This document shows positions 25,401 through 32,993 of a DNA stretch of 32,993 bases, piece after piece. The translations under genes and the position numbers were made by a program. Each line of letters begins with the position of its first letter. Position 1 is the stretch's first letter. Source of the DNA: Candidatus Binataceae bacterium (GTDB lineage Bacteria > Desulfobacterota > Binatia > Binatales > Binataceae); the NCBI GenBank assembly GCA_046704965.1, contig JBJKQX010000417.1, positions 1 through 32,993 of the forward strand, read 5' to 3'. The notes below the pieces were generated by a model. That model worked only from the letters and a program-made list of their open reading frames with translations, was not told where the DNA came from and made no database searches.

Positions 25401-26462
25401 GCCTTCCTGACCGCGGCGCAGGCGCTCTTCGATCGTTTCGGTCCGGTCGCCGACCCCTACATGACGCTGGTCGGCTATTTCAATTCGCTGCGCGAATTGG
25501 GCGGAATGAAGCGCCTCGCCGAAGACGACGTCCAGACGCGATCCTTCCGCGTCAGCATGAGCCTCGTCGATCGGCCGGGCTTATCGCAGCGACGAGTCGA
25601 CGACGTCCGCGAACTGACGTCCCGTGTCTCCAGTCACGACATTCCGCGCTATCTCGACCAACTCGAAATCCCCTTCAATGGGACGTTCGACCCCGCGACG
25701 CGGAAATGGCTCGAGAACCGGGCTCCCGGCGACCCACGCCCGATCGACGTCGTGCTGGCCACCAACATGCTTTCGGTTGGCGTCGATGTGAACCGCCTCG
25801 GCGTGATGGTCGTCAACGGCCAGCCGAAGGGAACGGCCGAGTATATCCAGGCGACCAGCCGCGTCGGCCGCACGCCGCCGGGCTTGGTCGCCACCGTCCT
25901 CACCTGGGCGCGTCCGCGCGATCTCTCACACTATGAGACGTTCGAGCACTATCACGCGACCTTCTATCAGCACGTCGAAGCTCAATCCGTGACGCCATTC
26001 TCGCCGCGGGCATTGGACCGTGGTCTCACGGGCGCGATGCTGTCGATCATGCGAAACGCCTATGATCCCTTCGCGCCAAATACGGGAGCGGGCGCGATGA
26101 ACAGTCCCAGTCGACCGGAGATGTTAACGACGATCGGTGTAGTTGCCGAGCGGACGTGGGAAGTCACCGAGGATTCCGCAAAGAAATCGCTGACCGAACA
26201 GGAATTGAAGCAACGAGCAGATGATTGGGCCAAAGAGGCGGGCATCGGTGGCCGCACGCTCGTTTATCAGAAGTATGGCGCAGGCCCGACGGCGTATCCT
26301 CTTTTGGAAGCTCCAGGCGTGAAGCCGTGGACGGATTGGACCGTCCCGATGTCGATGCGTGAGGTCGAGCCCGGCGTGAGGCTGGTGATGGAGGATTCTC
26401 GCTCGACGAGCGACCCCATCTGGCGAGCCCGAGTCACTCCAATGGACGGGAGTGACGCATGA
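22446..26462 (+). CDS. drmA: DISARM DrmA, large superfamily-2 helicase
   Basis: WFPTGGGKTEAYLG (motif I), LIIQDEFHLISGPLGT (II), VASTATV (III), VLATNMLSVGVDVNRL (V) and YIQATSRVGR (VI). It is followed by a DUF1998 protein and a PLD protein. Confidence 0.88.
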   Translation: MSESSPPDNGTTAQMPAQAAWMAADATVRAGQHDFGFSCAGGPNLFASIAAGDWLLLFDLTQSVTRVGRLLRVRSTEAETYFYFDKLQTVTSPTPLSGLGLTAPAGLINRLPWDDFVRAAKAVGISDIDAVPLIQNVAYVRDLLEVAVRDDLLGPAGGPHELIKDMSVRDRYLVGKLAPRRPGDGETVLVEPAAADEIGDIEDERAAPIHEPGAEFASASGRVEPEDDALDEIDTTNNQSLVPSSLGLTFCVAQGVDSLAVEVRWGRYERVPSDEHDVVKTRRNRATGKEEETKVKVWRRIPCGGVVPLILSDGPIRPSTPDRDQPDVRLQGTVRTNDQGERLVTLFLVNGQLEPDDNKDRAWLFQPEISVAALDGAVDKAIFRRRPSNEIVVDDPERDRLALIYRNRLEFAVGHGVSVHADTMLEDSGKAWRVRTEIIPRYEIAVTETPGLDPGDRPAMRRMVDEGWLDMSRLAELEPRTLRNALSCLVDDYAVWIEEQRARLKSEITGFDQPGRDVIARCEETLRRLRDGISTLFSDDAALSAFRFANRSMALQRVRSLYALKCRRGEAAGIAQLDIPRNRSWRPFQLAFLLLSVPSLADPAHPDRTKPVEAFADLLWFPTGGGKTEAYLGVAAFAMAMRRLKNDLGGLDASRGVAVIMRYTLRLLTLQQFQRAAALLCAMEVIRRADEKTWGKEPFSLGLWVGNRVTPGRTEDAHQAIEALRNGDRNRAGIASPAQLTSCPWCGSEISAGRDIEVDRVLGRTLIHCGDKLGTCEFSRAGSSGLAHPGLPVKVVDEEIYHRPPTMMIATVDKFAMMAWRPEVRTLFGRVDEECERHGLLWPGHDCGTGHRARGAHPAAKVKPVRSALRPPDLIIQDEFHLISGPLGTMVGLYESAVDELSTWPLGDTKVRPKVVASTATVRRAEDQVRNVFMRRISVFPPSGLDVEDNFFSVQRPIEEKPGRRYMGICAPGSSRPAVLIRTYTAFLTAAQALFDRFGPVADPYMTLVGYFNSLRELGGMKRLAEDDVQTRSFRVSMSLVDRPGLSQRRVDDVRELTSRVSSHDIPRYLDQLEIPFNGTFDPATRKWLENRAPGDPRPIDVVLATNMLSVGVDVNRLGVMVVNGQPKGTAEYIQATSRVGRTPPGLVATVLTWARPRDLSHYETFEHYHATFYQHVEAQSVTPFSPRALDRGLTGAMLSIMRNAYDPFAPNTGAGAMNSPSRPEMLTTIGVVAERTWEVTEDSAKKSLTEQELKQRADDWAKEAGIGGRTLVYQKYGAGPTAYPLLEAPGVKPWTDWTVPMSMREVEPGVRLVMEDSRSTSDPIWRARVTPMDGSDA

Positions 26463-28300
26463 GCAAGACACCCGTAGGCGAAATCCGGCCGAGCCAGCTC
26501 CTGTGGACCTACGGTCCAGGCGCGCTGGTCGATCTGCCCAATTTATCGGTCGTCACGATGGGGATCGACCATTGGGAAAAGGATAGATGCCAGCCCATCC
26601 AAGAGGCACGCCTGTTGGCGAACGTCCGCAGCGTTCTCGGGCCTCAAGTGGAATCGCTGCGTATGCCCCCGATCGGCGAGCCTGATGTCGTCGACCCGTT
26701 TTCTCCCGCAGCCCTGATCGGCGTTCCAGTGAAGCCGTTCCCAAGGTGGTTGCGTTGCGTGAAATGCGGGCTCCTTTCGCCGTTCGATGCCGGCTTATTC
26801 AAGCTGAAGGAAAACAGATACCGTCCGGAGCTGACCCGTTTCGTCCATGAGGGCTGCCGGGGTTCGAACAATGATCAGCGAGCTCGTGACGCCGACGCCG
26901 TCCCGGCGCGCTTCCTGACGGCTTGTCGTGCCGGACATCTGGACGATTTCCCTTGGCACTGGTTCGTTCATGCTGGCCCCTCTGAATGTCGCGGCACCCT
27001 ACGGTTTTTTGAAAGCGGTGCGTCGCTTCAAACCGAGAACCTCTGGGTCAAATGCGACGCCTGCGGCGCATCGAAGAACATGGCCCAGGCTTTCGGCCAG
27101 GCCGGCAGAGACAATTTGCCCGGGTGTCGCGGGAGGCATCCTCACATCGATCGTTTTGACGAAGATTGTGTCGAAGAGCCGCGGGCGATTCTGCTCGGTG
27201 CGACAAACGGGTGGTTCCCGGTCACGTTGTCGGTCCTCGCCATCCCCCAGACGGGTAGTCCCTTGGCGCAACTCGTCGGGGACGGCTGGACCTTCTTCGA
27301 GGACGTTTCGTCGGCCGGCGAAGTCGGTTTCGTCGTCAAAACGCTGAAGAAGACGGCGCAGCTCCCTGGCATCGAGCAATTCACCAGCGACCAGATTTGG
27401 TCCGCCATCGAAGCCCACAGGACGGGCGGCATAGATGTCGGCCAAAGCGACCTCAAAGAGCCGGAATGGCAGGTTCTGACGGCGGACGATCCGCCGACCG
27501 ACTACCCGCATTTCATGAGCAAGAAGGTCGGGGTTCCGAAAGGCTTCGAAGCGGCCATCACACGCGTCTTACTGTTGGAACGATTGCGCGAAGTGAATGC
27601 TCTGCTCGGCTTCACGCGCGTCGAGTCCCCCGATGAGGGATCGGGCGACGATGCCGCGCCGCGTGCTCCGCTGGGCCGTTCGGCGCCCGATTGGGTGCCG
27701 GCGACACAGGTTCATGGCGAGGGCATCTTTGTTCGCTTTGATGCCGACGCCCTGAAAGCATGGGCCGACCTGGATGCAGTCAAAGACGTCGATGCTCGCT
27801 TACGCACTGGGCATCGTGGGTGGCGCCAAAAACGGAATCTCGATCCGAGACAGGGCTATCCGGGCGCGCGATACGTATTGCTGCACACCCTGGCACACAT
27901 GCTGATCAGAGAGCTGGCTCTCGAATGCGGATACAATGCCGCCAGTATTCGTGAACGGATCTACGCGGAAGTCGACGAGGGGAAAAATCAGGCCGGATTC
28001 CTCATCTACACGGCGGCAGCCGATTCCGATGGAACTCTCGGAGGATTGGTCGAACTAGGTAAACCCGAAAATCTCGGGCGGCTGCTGCGCCAGGCCCTGG
28101 ATCGCGCGCACGTCTGCGCTTCCGATCCGCTGTGCTCCGAGCACGACCCCAGCAAAGATCAATCGCTACACGGAGCGGCTTGTCATGCTTGTTCCTTCGT
28201 GTCGGAAACGTCTTGCGAGCGAGGCAATCGGCATCTCGACCGCGCGTTGGTGGTCCCCACGCTCGAAAACCAAACCGCCGCATTTTTCCGGAACTCGTGA
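26459..28300 (+). CDS. drmB: DISARM DrmB, DUF1998 (MrfA-type Zn-binding) domain protein
   Basis: N-terminal RPSQLLWTYGPGALVDLP and a C-terminal Cys cluster, CASDPLCSEHDP...HGAACHACSFVSETSCERGNRHLDR. ATGA overlap with the drmA stop. Confidence 0.85.
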   Translation: MSKTPVGEIRPSQLLWTYGPGALVDLPNLSVVTMGIDHWEKDRCQPIQEARLLANVRSVLGPQVESLRMPPIGEPDVVDPFSPAALIGVPVKPFPRWLRCVKCGLLSPFDAGLFKLKENRYRPELTRFVHEGCRGSNNDQRARDADAVPARFLTACRAGHLDDFPWHWFVHAGPSECRGTLRFFESGASLQTENLWVKCDACGASKNMAQAFGQAGRDNLPGCRGRHPHIDRFDEDCVEEPRAILLGATNGWFPVTLSVLAIPQTGSPLAQLVGDGWTFFEDVSSAGEVGFVVKTLKKTAQLPGIEQFTSDQIWSAIEAHRTGGIDVGQSDLKEPEWQVLTADDPPTDYPHFMSKKVGVPKGFEAAITRVLLLERLREVNALLGFTRVESPDEGSGDDAAPRAPLGRSAPDWVPATQVHGEGIFVRFDADALKAWADLDAVKDVDARLRTGHRGWRQKRNLDPRQGYPGARYVLLHTLAHMLIRELALECGYNAASIRERIYAEVDEGKNQAGFLIYTAAADSDGTLGGLVELGKPENLGRLLRQALDRAHVCASDPLCSEHDPSKDQSLHGAACHACSFVSETSCERGNRHLDRALVVPTLENQTAAFFRNS

Positions 28301-29061
28301 TGGGATCGCTCTTGGATGCCGTCGCGGAGTTGGCCGCGCTACTTTCGCCGTCGAAGATCGAAGCGATCGCGTCGCGGCTGCGAGGCGCGTCCTCATCGGC
28401 TCGGGAACAAGACCTTCAGAAAATCGTTGGTACGCCGGTTGCCCGAGCGGCCTTGGAATCGTTCGTGACGGCGTGGCAGGATACGGCGTTGCCCGGAGAC
28501 GTCGTGGCCGGAATGCTGTTGGCCGCGGCTCATACTCGGCAGCGGTTGCAGGGAGATTGTAACGTCGAACTCGTCTGGACGGGGCCGACGACACCGTTCG
28601 TCGCGACTAGACGGACCGAACAGGTGCTCCTGGACCTCATTCAGCACGCGACGCGAGAACTCTTCATCGTAAGCTTTGTCGCCTACGATGTTCCTTCGGT
28701 CATAATCGCGATCAACGCGGCCACTGAACGAGGAGTCGACACTCGCATTCTTGTCGAAGCCTCCGTGACCCAAGGTGGGAGCCTGCTCGTCGATCCGGTT
28801 TCGACGATGAGAAACGCTGTTCCTTCAGCCAAATTGTATATCTGGACCGATCGCCCACAGCCGTTCACCAATGGTCGGGTTCACGCGAAGGTGGCCGTTG
28901 CTGACGGCAACGCTGCATTCTTGACGAGCGCCAACCTTACTGGCCACGCGCTCGAAAAGAACATGGAGGCAGGGGTTTTACTCACCGGCGGTGACGTTCC
29001 CTCCAATCTTCGGGCTCACCTGCGCGCACTGATTGAAACGAAAGTGATCCGATCGGTCTGA
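28300..29061 (+). CDS. drmC: DISARM DrmC, phospholipase-D-family (single HKD) nuclease
   Basis: HKD motif HAKVAVADGNAAFLTSANLT. The ATG at 28300 shares one nucleotide with the drmB stop (TGATG). I treat the longer track ORF from 28132 as an out-of-frame overlap artefact. Confidence 0.85.
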   Translation: MGSLLDAVAELAALLSPSKIEAIASRLRGASSSAREQDLQKIVGTPVARAALESFVTAWQDTALPGDVVAGMLLAAAHTRQRLQGDCNVELVWTGPTTPFVATRRTEQVLLDLIQHATRELFIVSFVAYDVPSVIIAINAATERGVDTRILVEASVTQGGSLLVDPVSTMRNAVPSAKLYIWTDRPQPFTNGRVHAKVAVADGNAAFLTSANLTGHALEKNMEAGVLLTGGDVPSNLRAHLRALIETKVIRSV

Positions 29062-29131
29062 TCCGATTACATCCACAGGATGGGCGTCACCCTGAATGAT
29101 TCTGGTTGAATGAGGCGGGAGTCAGAACGGA

Positions 29132-29965
29132 ATGTCAAGTGGTCCTTGGACGGACAAGGAAAACGACCTAATCGTGGAGGATTACTTCATGATGCTGGCC
29201 GATGACATTGCCCACCGGCCCTATAGCAAGTCGGAACATAACCGACGAATGCAAGAGAAGATCGATCGCTCTCGGAAGTCGATCGAATTCAAACACCAAA
29301 ATATCAGCGCTGTACTCAAGGGGCTCGGTGAGGATTGGATTCCTGGCTATAAGCCCGCCTTCCATTTCCAGATAACGCTGGTCGATGCAATAGTGCGTTG
29401 GCTAGATCGGAACCCCGCTTGGGTAGGCAGGGAACCAATCGCGTATCCAGCGTCAGGATTGCATGCGGCGACCGTCATCTGGATCGGGTCGCCGCCAACG
29501 CATTCAAACCAGCCGCCGCCACAGGAACTAGAGCAGATGCTCCACATCGCTCGAAAATTCGACGTTGCGGCGAGAGACGAGCACAATCGTACTCTCGGGC
29601 GAGCAGGAGAAGAACGCGTATTAGAACACGAACACGCCGTGTTGACCGGCGCAGGCCGTGACGACCTTGCCCGAAAGATACGATGGGTGGCTGAGGAAGA
29701 TGGAGATGGGCTTGGCTACGACATTGCAAGTTTTATCCCCGATGGTCGACCACGCCTAATTGAAGTCAAAACTACTAACGGTTGGGAACGCACCCCCTTT
29801 CAGATCACACGCAACGAGCTCGCAGTCGCGGAGCGGAAGCGTACCGAATGGTGTCTGTTCCGGCTTTGGAACTTTTCACGCGAGCCAAAGGCCTTCGAGC
29901 TATATCCACCACTCGACGCTCACGTCACCTTGACTGCGATGACGTTCCAAGCGAACTTTTGTTGA
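29132..29965 (+). CDS. DUF3883-type (PD-(D/E)xK-like) domain protein with a helical N-terminal domain
   Basis: The C-terminal GYDIASFIPDGRPRLIEVKTTNGWERTPFQITRNELAVAERKRTEWCLFRLW matches the DUF3883 pattern (GYDI...IEVKTT...NE...Y/W-LxRV/L). The N-terminal WTDKENDLIVEDYFMM...RSRKSIEFKHQNISAV resembles the helical domain often seen in front of HNH/restriction proteins. Confidence 0.7.
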   Translation: MSSGPWTDKENDLIVEDYFMMLADDIAHRPYSKSEHNRRMQEKIDRSRKSIEFKHQNISAVLKGLGEDWIPGYKPAFHFQITLVDAIVRWLDRNPAWVGREPIAYPASGLHAATVIWIGSPPTHSNQPPPQELEQMLHIARKFDVAARDEHNRTLGRAGEERVLEHEHAVLTGAGRDDLARKIRWVAEEDGDGLGYDIASFIPDGRPRLIEVKTTNGWERTPFQITRNELAVAERKRTEWCLFRLWNFSREPKAFELYPPLDAHVTLTAMTFQANFC

Positions 29966-30001
29966 AATTTGCACGGTCGGCCGGCTTGCGGCGCAATCTA
30001 C

Positions 30002-30505
30002 TTAGAGCGGATAAAATTCAAACTTTCTATCAGCGCGAGAGAATCCGGCGAAGAGGTACTTAGCGTGATCACCGTTCACAGCGTCGATCTGCCCAGAGAA
30101 AAGTCTCACATCACTGCGTAGTGCCGCGTGGTTTTTGTTCTGCCACACCAGGAGCCGAAGAGTGGCGCCCGAAAACACGAGTTTTTGAAAATCAGGCAAC
30201 ACCTCATCCTCAATCTGCATATCCCACTCGGATTCCATGGCTAGGGGCATTCGCTTGTAGAATTTATCTCCGCTACGTTCTAGCCAGCATAAGTCATATA
30301 GCCACTCACCCCACTCGGCTTTATCATCCGAAATGCCGCCCGCGTCGCTACAGCAAACTTCATAGCGGTGTCTATGTCCAATGACGGTGAGCCTTCTTTT
30401 GATCGCCTGTGTCCACGGAGTATCTCGGTCTTCGTTGCGACATTCTGCCGCCGCCTCTTCCAGAGCGCCCCTGATTTCCGATTTAATCTCGTTGATGTCT
30501 TTCAT
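30002..30505 (-). CDS. hypothetical protein (167 aa), possibly restriction-endonuclease-like fold
   Basis: ATG at 30505 (MKDINEIK) with GAAAGG upstream; the track ORF extends to 30712. EWLYDLCW ... LAMESEWD ... DFQKL is reminiscent of a D...ExE/K core, but this is weak. Confidence 0.5.
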   Translation of the reverse strand: MKDINEIKSEIRGALEEAAAECRNEDRDTPWTQAIKRRLTVIGHRHRYEVCCSDAGGISDDKAEWGEWLYDLCWLERSGDKFYKRMPLAMESEWDMQIEDEVLPDFQKLVFSGATLRLLVWQNKNHAALRSDVRLFSGQIDAVNGDHAKYLFAGFSRADRKFEFYPL

Positions 30506-31179
30506 AGTTTGGCCTTTCTGGTCGCGCTCTAATCGGCCTATTTTACTTGATAAATTCACGAGCGGCACTCTGACGTGAGAGCCTGCTTGCCGCCGCAGCC
30601 TGCCGCTACCAGCGTCGCTACAGCTGGAATGGGCGCCGGTGGGATTCCAGAGGTCTTTGGCTCGGCAACAACTCGACAGGAATGAACGGCTGCGATCGGT
30701 CGGGTGGCTCATTCAGAGATCAAAGATTTAAAGATCGAGAACCATCGTTTTCCACCGGTGCGAAACTCCTGATTTACGCACCGATCGACCGATTCCAGAC
30801 GTCCTCGGAATGGCCAAGATTGGAGGTCCGATTGCCACCCGCACCCAGCGTTAGCCCGCCAGGCCGGCAAGGTCTGCTTCGGGGCAAAACCGGCAACCTA
30901 TGCCAACGATCCCATTGGGATGTTCCGGGCGAGAGCAGGTTTCGCTGCGCCCGATGGCTCGTATGGGGTCGAGCGGTCATTTGTGGCGTCGCCGTTAACT
31001 CCGCCGCGATGCATCCCACTCGTGATTTGCGAAGGGCCGGAATCTCCCTAGCGGGGCCGTTGGCTGCGAGGCCAGTGGTCGGCCGGAATTTTCTCCGTTT
31101 CCAAGAACGAGGACCTTGCGCCGGAAGCGGTCGTTCAATCTGATAGGTTGCTACGACACGACGCGAAAACACGCGCGGC

Positions 31180-32019
31180 TCAACGAGTATGGCGAGCGGG
31201 GTTGACAGTGCTGAAAGACCTGGCCGCCGCTTTCGAGGCTATGTTCCTCTCGTAGTCGGCGATTGTCTGCTCGCGGGTTCTGTAATCACCTGGAAACCCC
31301 GTGTAGATCGGCATGACTGGTAAGCGCATGGTAACGCACGTGCGCCAGTCCTTGTAATTGAAGGCAGCGAGCCCGGAGATCTCGCAGAACCCAGACTCTG
31401 GTGGCTCCTGCCCCGCGAAAGTCATGATAAAGCCGAAAGGTGGAAAGGTGATCTCGGAAAACAGATGCAGGCGCCCCTTCGCAGTTCCCACGCCTTTGAC
31501 GAGGCCAGAGACACCAGCTCGTCGCATGCGGTTGGAAAACGTGTAAAAAGCGTAGATTTTCACGTTCCGCGGAAGCGCGCGTGAATGCTTATCAAGAACA
31601 AAACGTACGAGATCGGAGTGGGCAAGGCGAAAATCTGGGCTATTCACGCTGAAAAACATACAGGCGATTTGTTTAAGGACGCGTAGCGGGTACAGATTGA
31701 AGGGATAATCCAAAGATGCCTTTCCGCGAGTACCAATGAGAATTTGCATCGCCTGTACCGCCCACTCCGCATAGGCCGCGCTGTACCACGAACCGGTATC
31801 GTTATTGCACTGGCAGCAGAGGGTATAAGCGCCTAAACCTCGCTGAAGCACCCGGCCGCCGCGAATATCGTCTAGATTTTCCGCGCCGATGAAGTCGTCA
31901 AAGCTGAGCGCGAGCAGCCGGTGATCATTGAACGCCGAGCGGGGTGGTACGTGCTCGAATGAAAGCTTATCGGTCGTGCCGCAAATATGACAGGTGCCAA
32001 TATTTGGCTGTTTCGCCAT
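31180..32019 (-). CDS. hypothetical protein with an N-terminal HNH-like zinc-finger nuclease motif
   Basis: The ATG at 32019 (MAKQPNIG) is preceded by AAAGGA. CHICG...SFEHVPPRSAFND...CCQCNN follows the CxxC...(D/E)H...N...CxxCN layout of HNH modules. The remainder is unrecognised. The track ORF extends to 32166. Confidence 0.55.
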   Translation of the reverse strand: MAKQPNIGTCHICGTTDKLSFEHVPPRSAFNDHRLLALSFDDFIGAENLDDIRGGRVLQRGLGAYTLCCQCNNDTGSWYSAAYAEWAVQAMQILIGTRGKASLDYPFNLYPLRVLKQIACMFFSVNSPDFRLAHSDLVRFVLDKHSRALPRNVKIYAFYTFSNRMRRAGVSGLVKGVGTAKGRLHLFSEITFPPFGFIMTFAGQEPPESGFCEISGLAAFNYKDWRTCVTMRLPVMPIYTGFPGDYRTREQTIADYERNIASKAAARSFSTVNPARHTR

Positions 32020-32824
32020 AAGGTCCTTTTGATCCTTTCTATCCACGGCTATATGGAGGCCGAATATCCGTCTGCAAGGCCGGCACGCCCCGACGCGCAG
32101 AATTCCGTAAAGGTCGGCATTAATGACGCTGCCGCCGAAAGCCTGGATTGGGGAAGAATATCTCATTCATGATGATACGCTGGACCGACTGCCGCATCGC
32201 GTTTTCCTCGCACTTCGCGAATGGCCGCAAACTGGACACGGAGACATTGACGGACTCCTCGTGGGCGCTGCGGTGAAACCCGTAGCCGCCATGTCGCCAA
32301 CGGCAGCTTCTTCCCGATTCCGTTGAAAAAGTCGGCACGCAAATTTTGCTCACAATATCTATGCGTGTGCGAATTGGTCCACGCATCAAAGGGACCAAGT
32401 TTGGGTTTCCGGCGATTCATTGTTCCACAAAATTCGATTGGGGCCGTACAGCCCAGACTTTTTCAACACTATCTCCCTTGAGCCGTCCCTGGCCACAAGC
32501 GTTACTACAACAACACCCCGCTTTCAGTTCCTCGTTTAAGCGCGAGCGTTCAGCGGTCTCCGATTTAATTCACGACCATCCAACGGGCTCTATTCGGCCG
32601 GATTATTGCTGTGCTTGTGCCGGCGTCGGACACCGTTCGCGTCGCACAGTATTGCGATTTCTCTCCCATGGTTTTTCGGCGGCCGCGCCACCCGGCCTCA
32701 CGCCGGGCTTCTTCCGCGCGTCCGCCAGACTTGCCATTCCTCCTTTTCCTCCTTGTGAGATCAGGCAGGTCTCCGGATCCGTGGATACCCTCTGAAGTCT
32801 CTGCCCGGTCTCCCCATCCACCCT

Positions 32825-32853
32825 CCCGGCCGCACGCGGCCGGGTTTCGTTTT
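32825..32853 (+). terminator. Rho-independent terminator-like hairpin
   Basis: Stem CCCGGCCG (32825-32832), loop CACG, stem CGGCCGGG (32837-32844), followed by TTTCGTTTT. No convincing CDS lies upstream of it. Confidence 0.5.
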
Positions 32854-32866
32854 CAAGGAGGCCACC

Positions 32867-32993
32867 ATGGCGAACAATGCTCTCGATACCCTCACCCTCG
32901 CTCGGGCTCTCGAGCAGAGCGGCATGCGCCGCAACCAGGCGGAAGGCATCGCCGCCGCCGCCGGCAAGGCCGTCTCGGCATCCGGCTCAAAGC
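32867..32993 (+). CDS. 5' part of a DUF1640-like coiled-coil protein (runs off the window)
   Basis: The ATG at 32867 is preceded by AAGGAGG (32854-32860). MANNALDTLTLARALEQSGMRRNQAEGIAAAAGK resembles the DUF1640 N-terminus (FDTL...LE..G....QAE.IA). It is absent from the ORF track because it is open-ended. Confidence 0.5.
   Translation, partial: MANNALDTLTLARALEQSGMRRNQAEGIAAAAGKAVSASGSK

Noticed and set aside
28132-28299. The longer version of the drmC ORF, starting at 28132 and overlapping drmB by 169 nt.
   Set aside because: The extension is Arg-rich junk read out of frame with the conserved drmB Cys cluster. The ATG at 28300 gives the TGATG coupling typical of the rest of the operon.
590-32813. 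A shared CCGGTCTCC 9-mer at 590-598 and 32805-32813, near both window ends, as possible island-flanking direct repeats (att-like).
   Set aside because: It is too short to be significant, the surrounding sequence does not align, and the window contains no integrase or tRNA.
1-32993. A search by eye for CRISPR arrays, tRNA/rRNA genes, IS elements or long tandem repeats.
   Set aside because: None were recognised. There are no regularly spaced direct repeats, no cloverleaf-like segments next to the island and no transposase or integrase-like translations in the ORF track. A computational repeat or tRNA scan would be needed to be certain.

Overview
This 33-kb window reads as a densely packed, compositionally mosaic defence island from a GC-rich replicon. 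It looks alpha-proteobacterial or Rhizobiales-like, but that is inference only. I recognised no rRNA, tRNA, CRISPR array, integrase or transposase. All domain calls come from motif recognition by eye on the supplied translations; no searches were run. Contents from left to right: (1) a hypothetical gene; (2) a winged-helix plus PD-(D/E)xK nuclease-like gene (-); (3) a hipBA toxin-antitoxin operon (-) with two palindromic operators over a sigma70-like promoter; (4) about 1 kb of non-coding DNA carrying three consecutive hairpin plus U-tract terminators; (5) an AT-richer two-gene operon. In that operon a P-loop-kinase-like/cytidine-deaminase protein (DcdV/AvcD-type anti-phage dCTP-deaminase architecture) is translationally coupled by a GTGA overlap to a 1179-aa single-chain [unknown N-domain]-TIR-APAZ-MID-PIWI short Argonaute (SPARTA-like fusion). 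Next come (6) an Abi_C-like abortive-infection gene (-) and (7) a ~17.5-kb unbroken chain of overlapping genes: HTH-dcm-vsr-drmD-drmMI-GHKL ATPase/nuclease-drmA-drmB-drmC. This is a class 1 DISARM system extended by a C5-methyltransferase/Vsr module and by an embedded GHKL (MORC-like) ATPase fused to a Shedu-like PD-(D/E)xK domain, and drmMI is interrupted by a single in-frame TGA. The window ends with (8) a DUF3883-type gene, two minus-strand hypothetical genes (one HNH-like) and the 5' end of a DUF1640-like gene. The best candidates for new biology are the deaminase + TIR-pAgo operon and the GHKL-nuclease insert inside DISARM.
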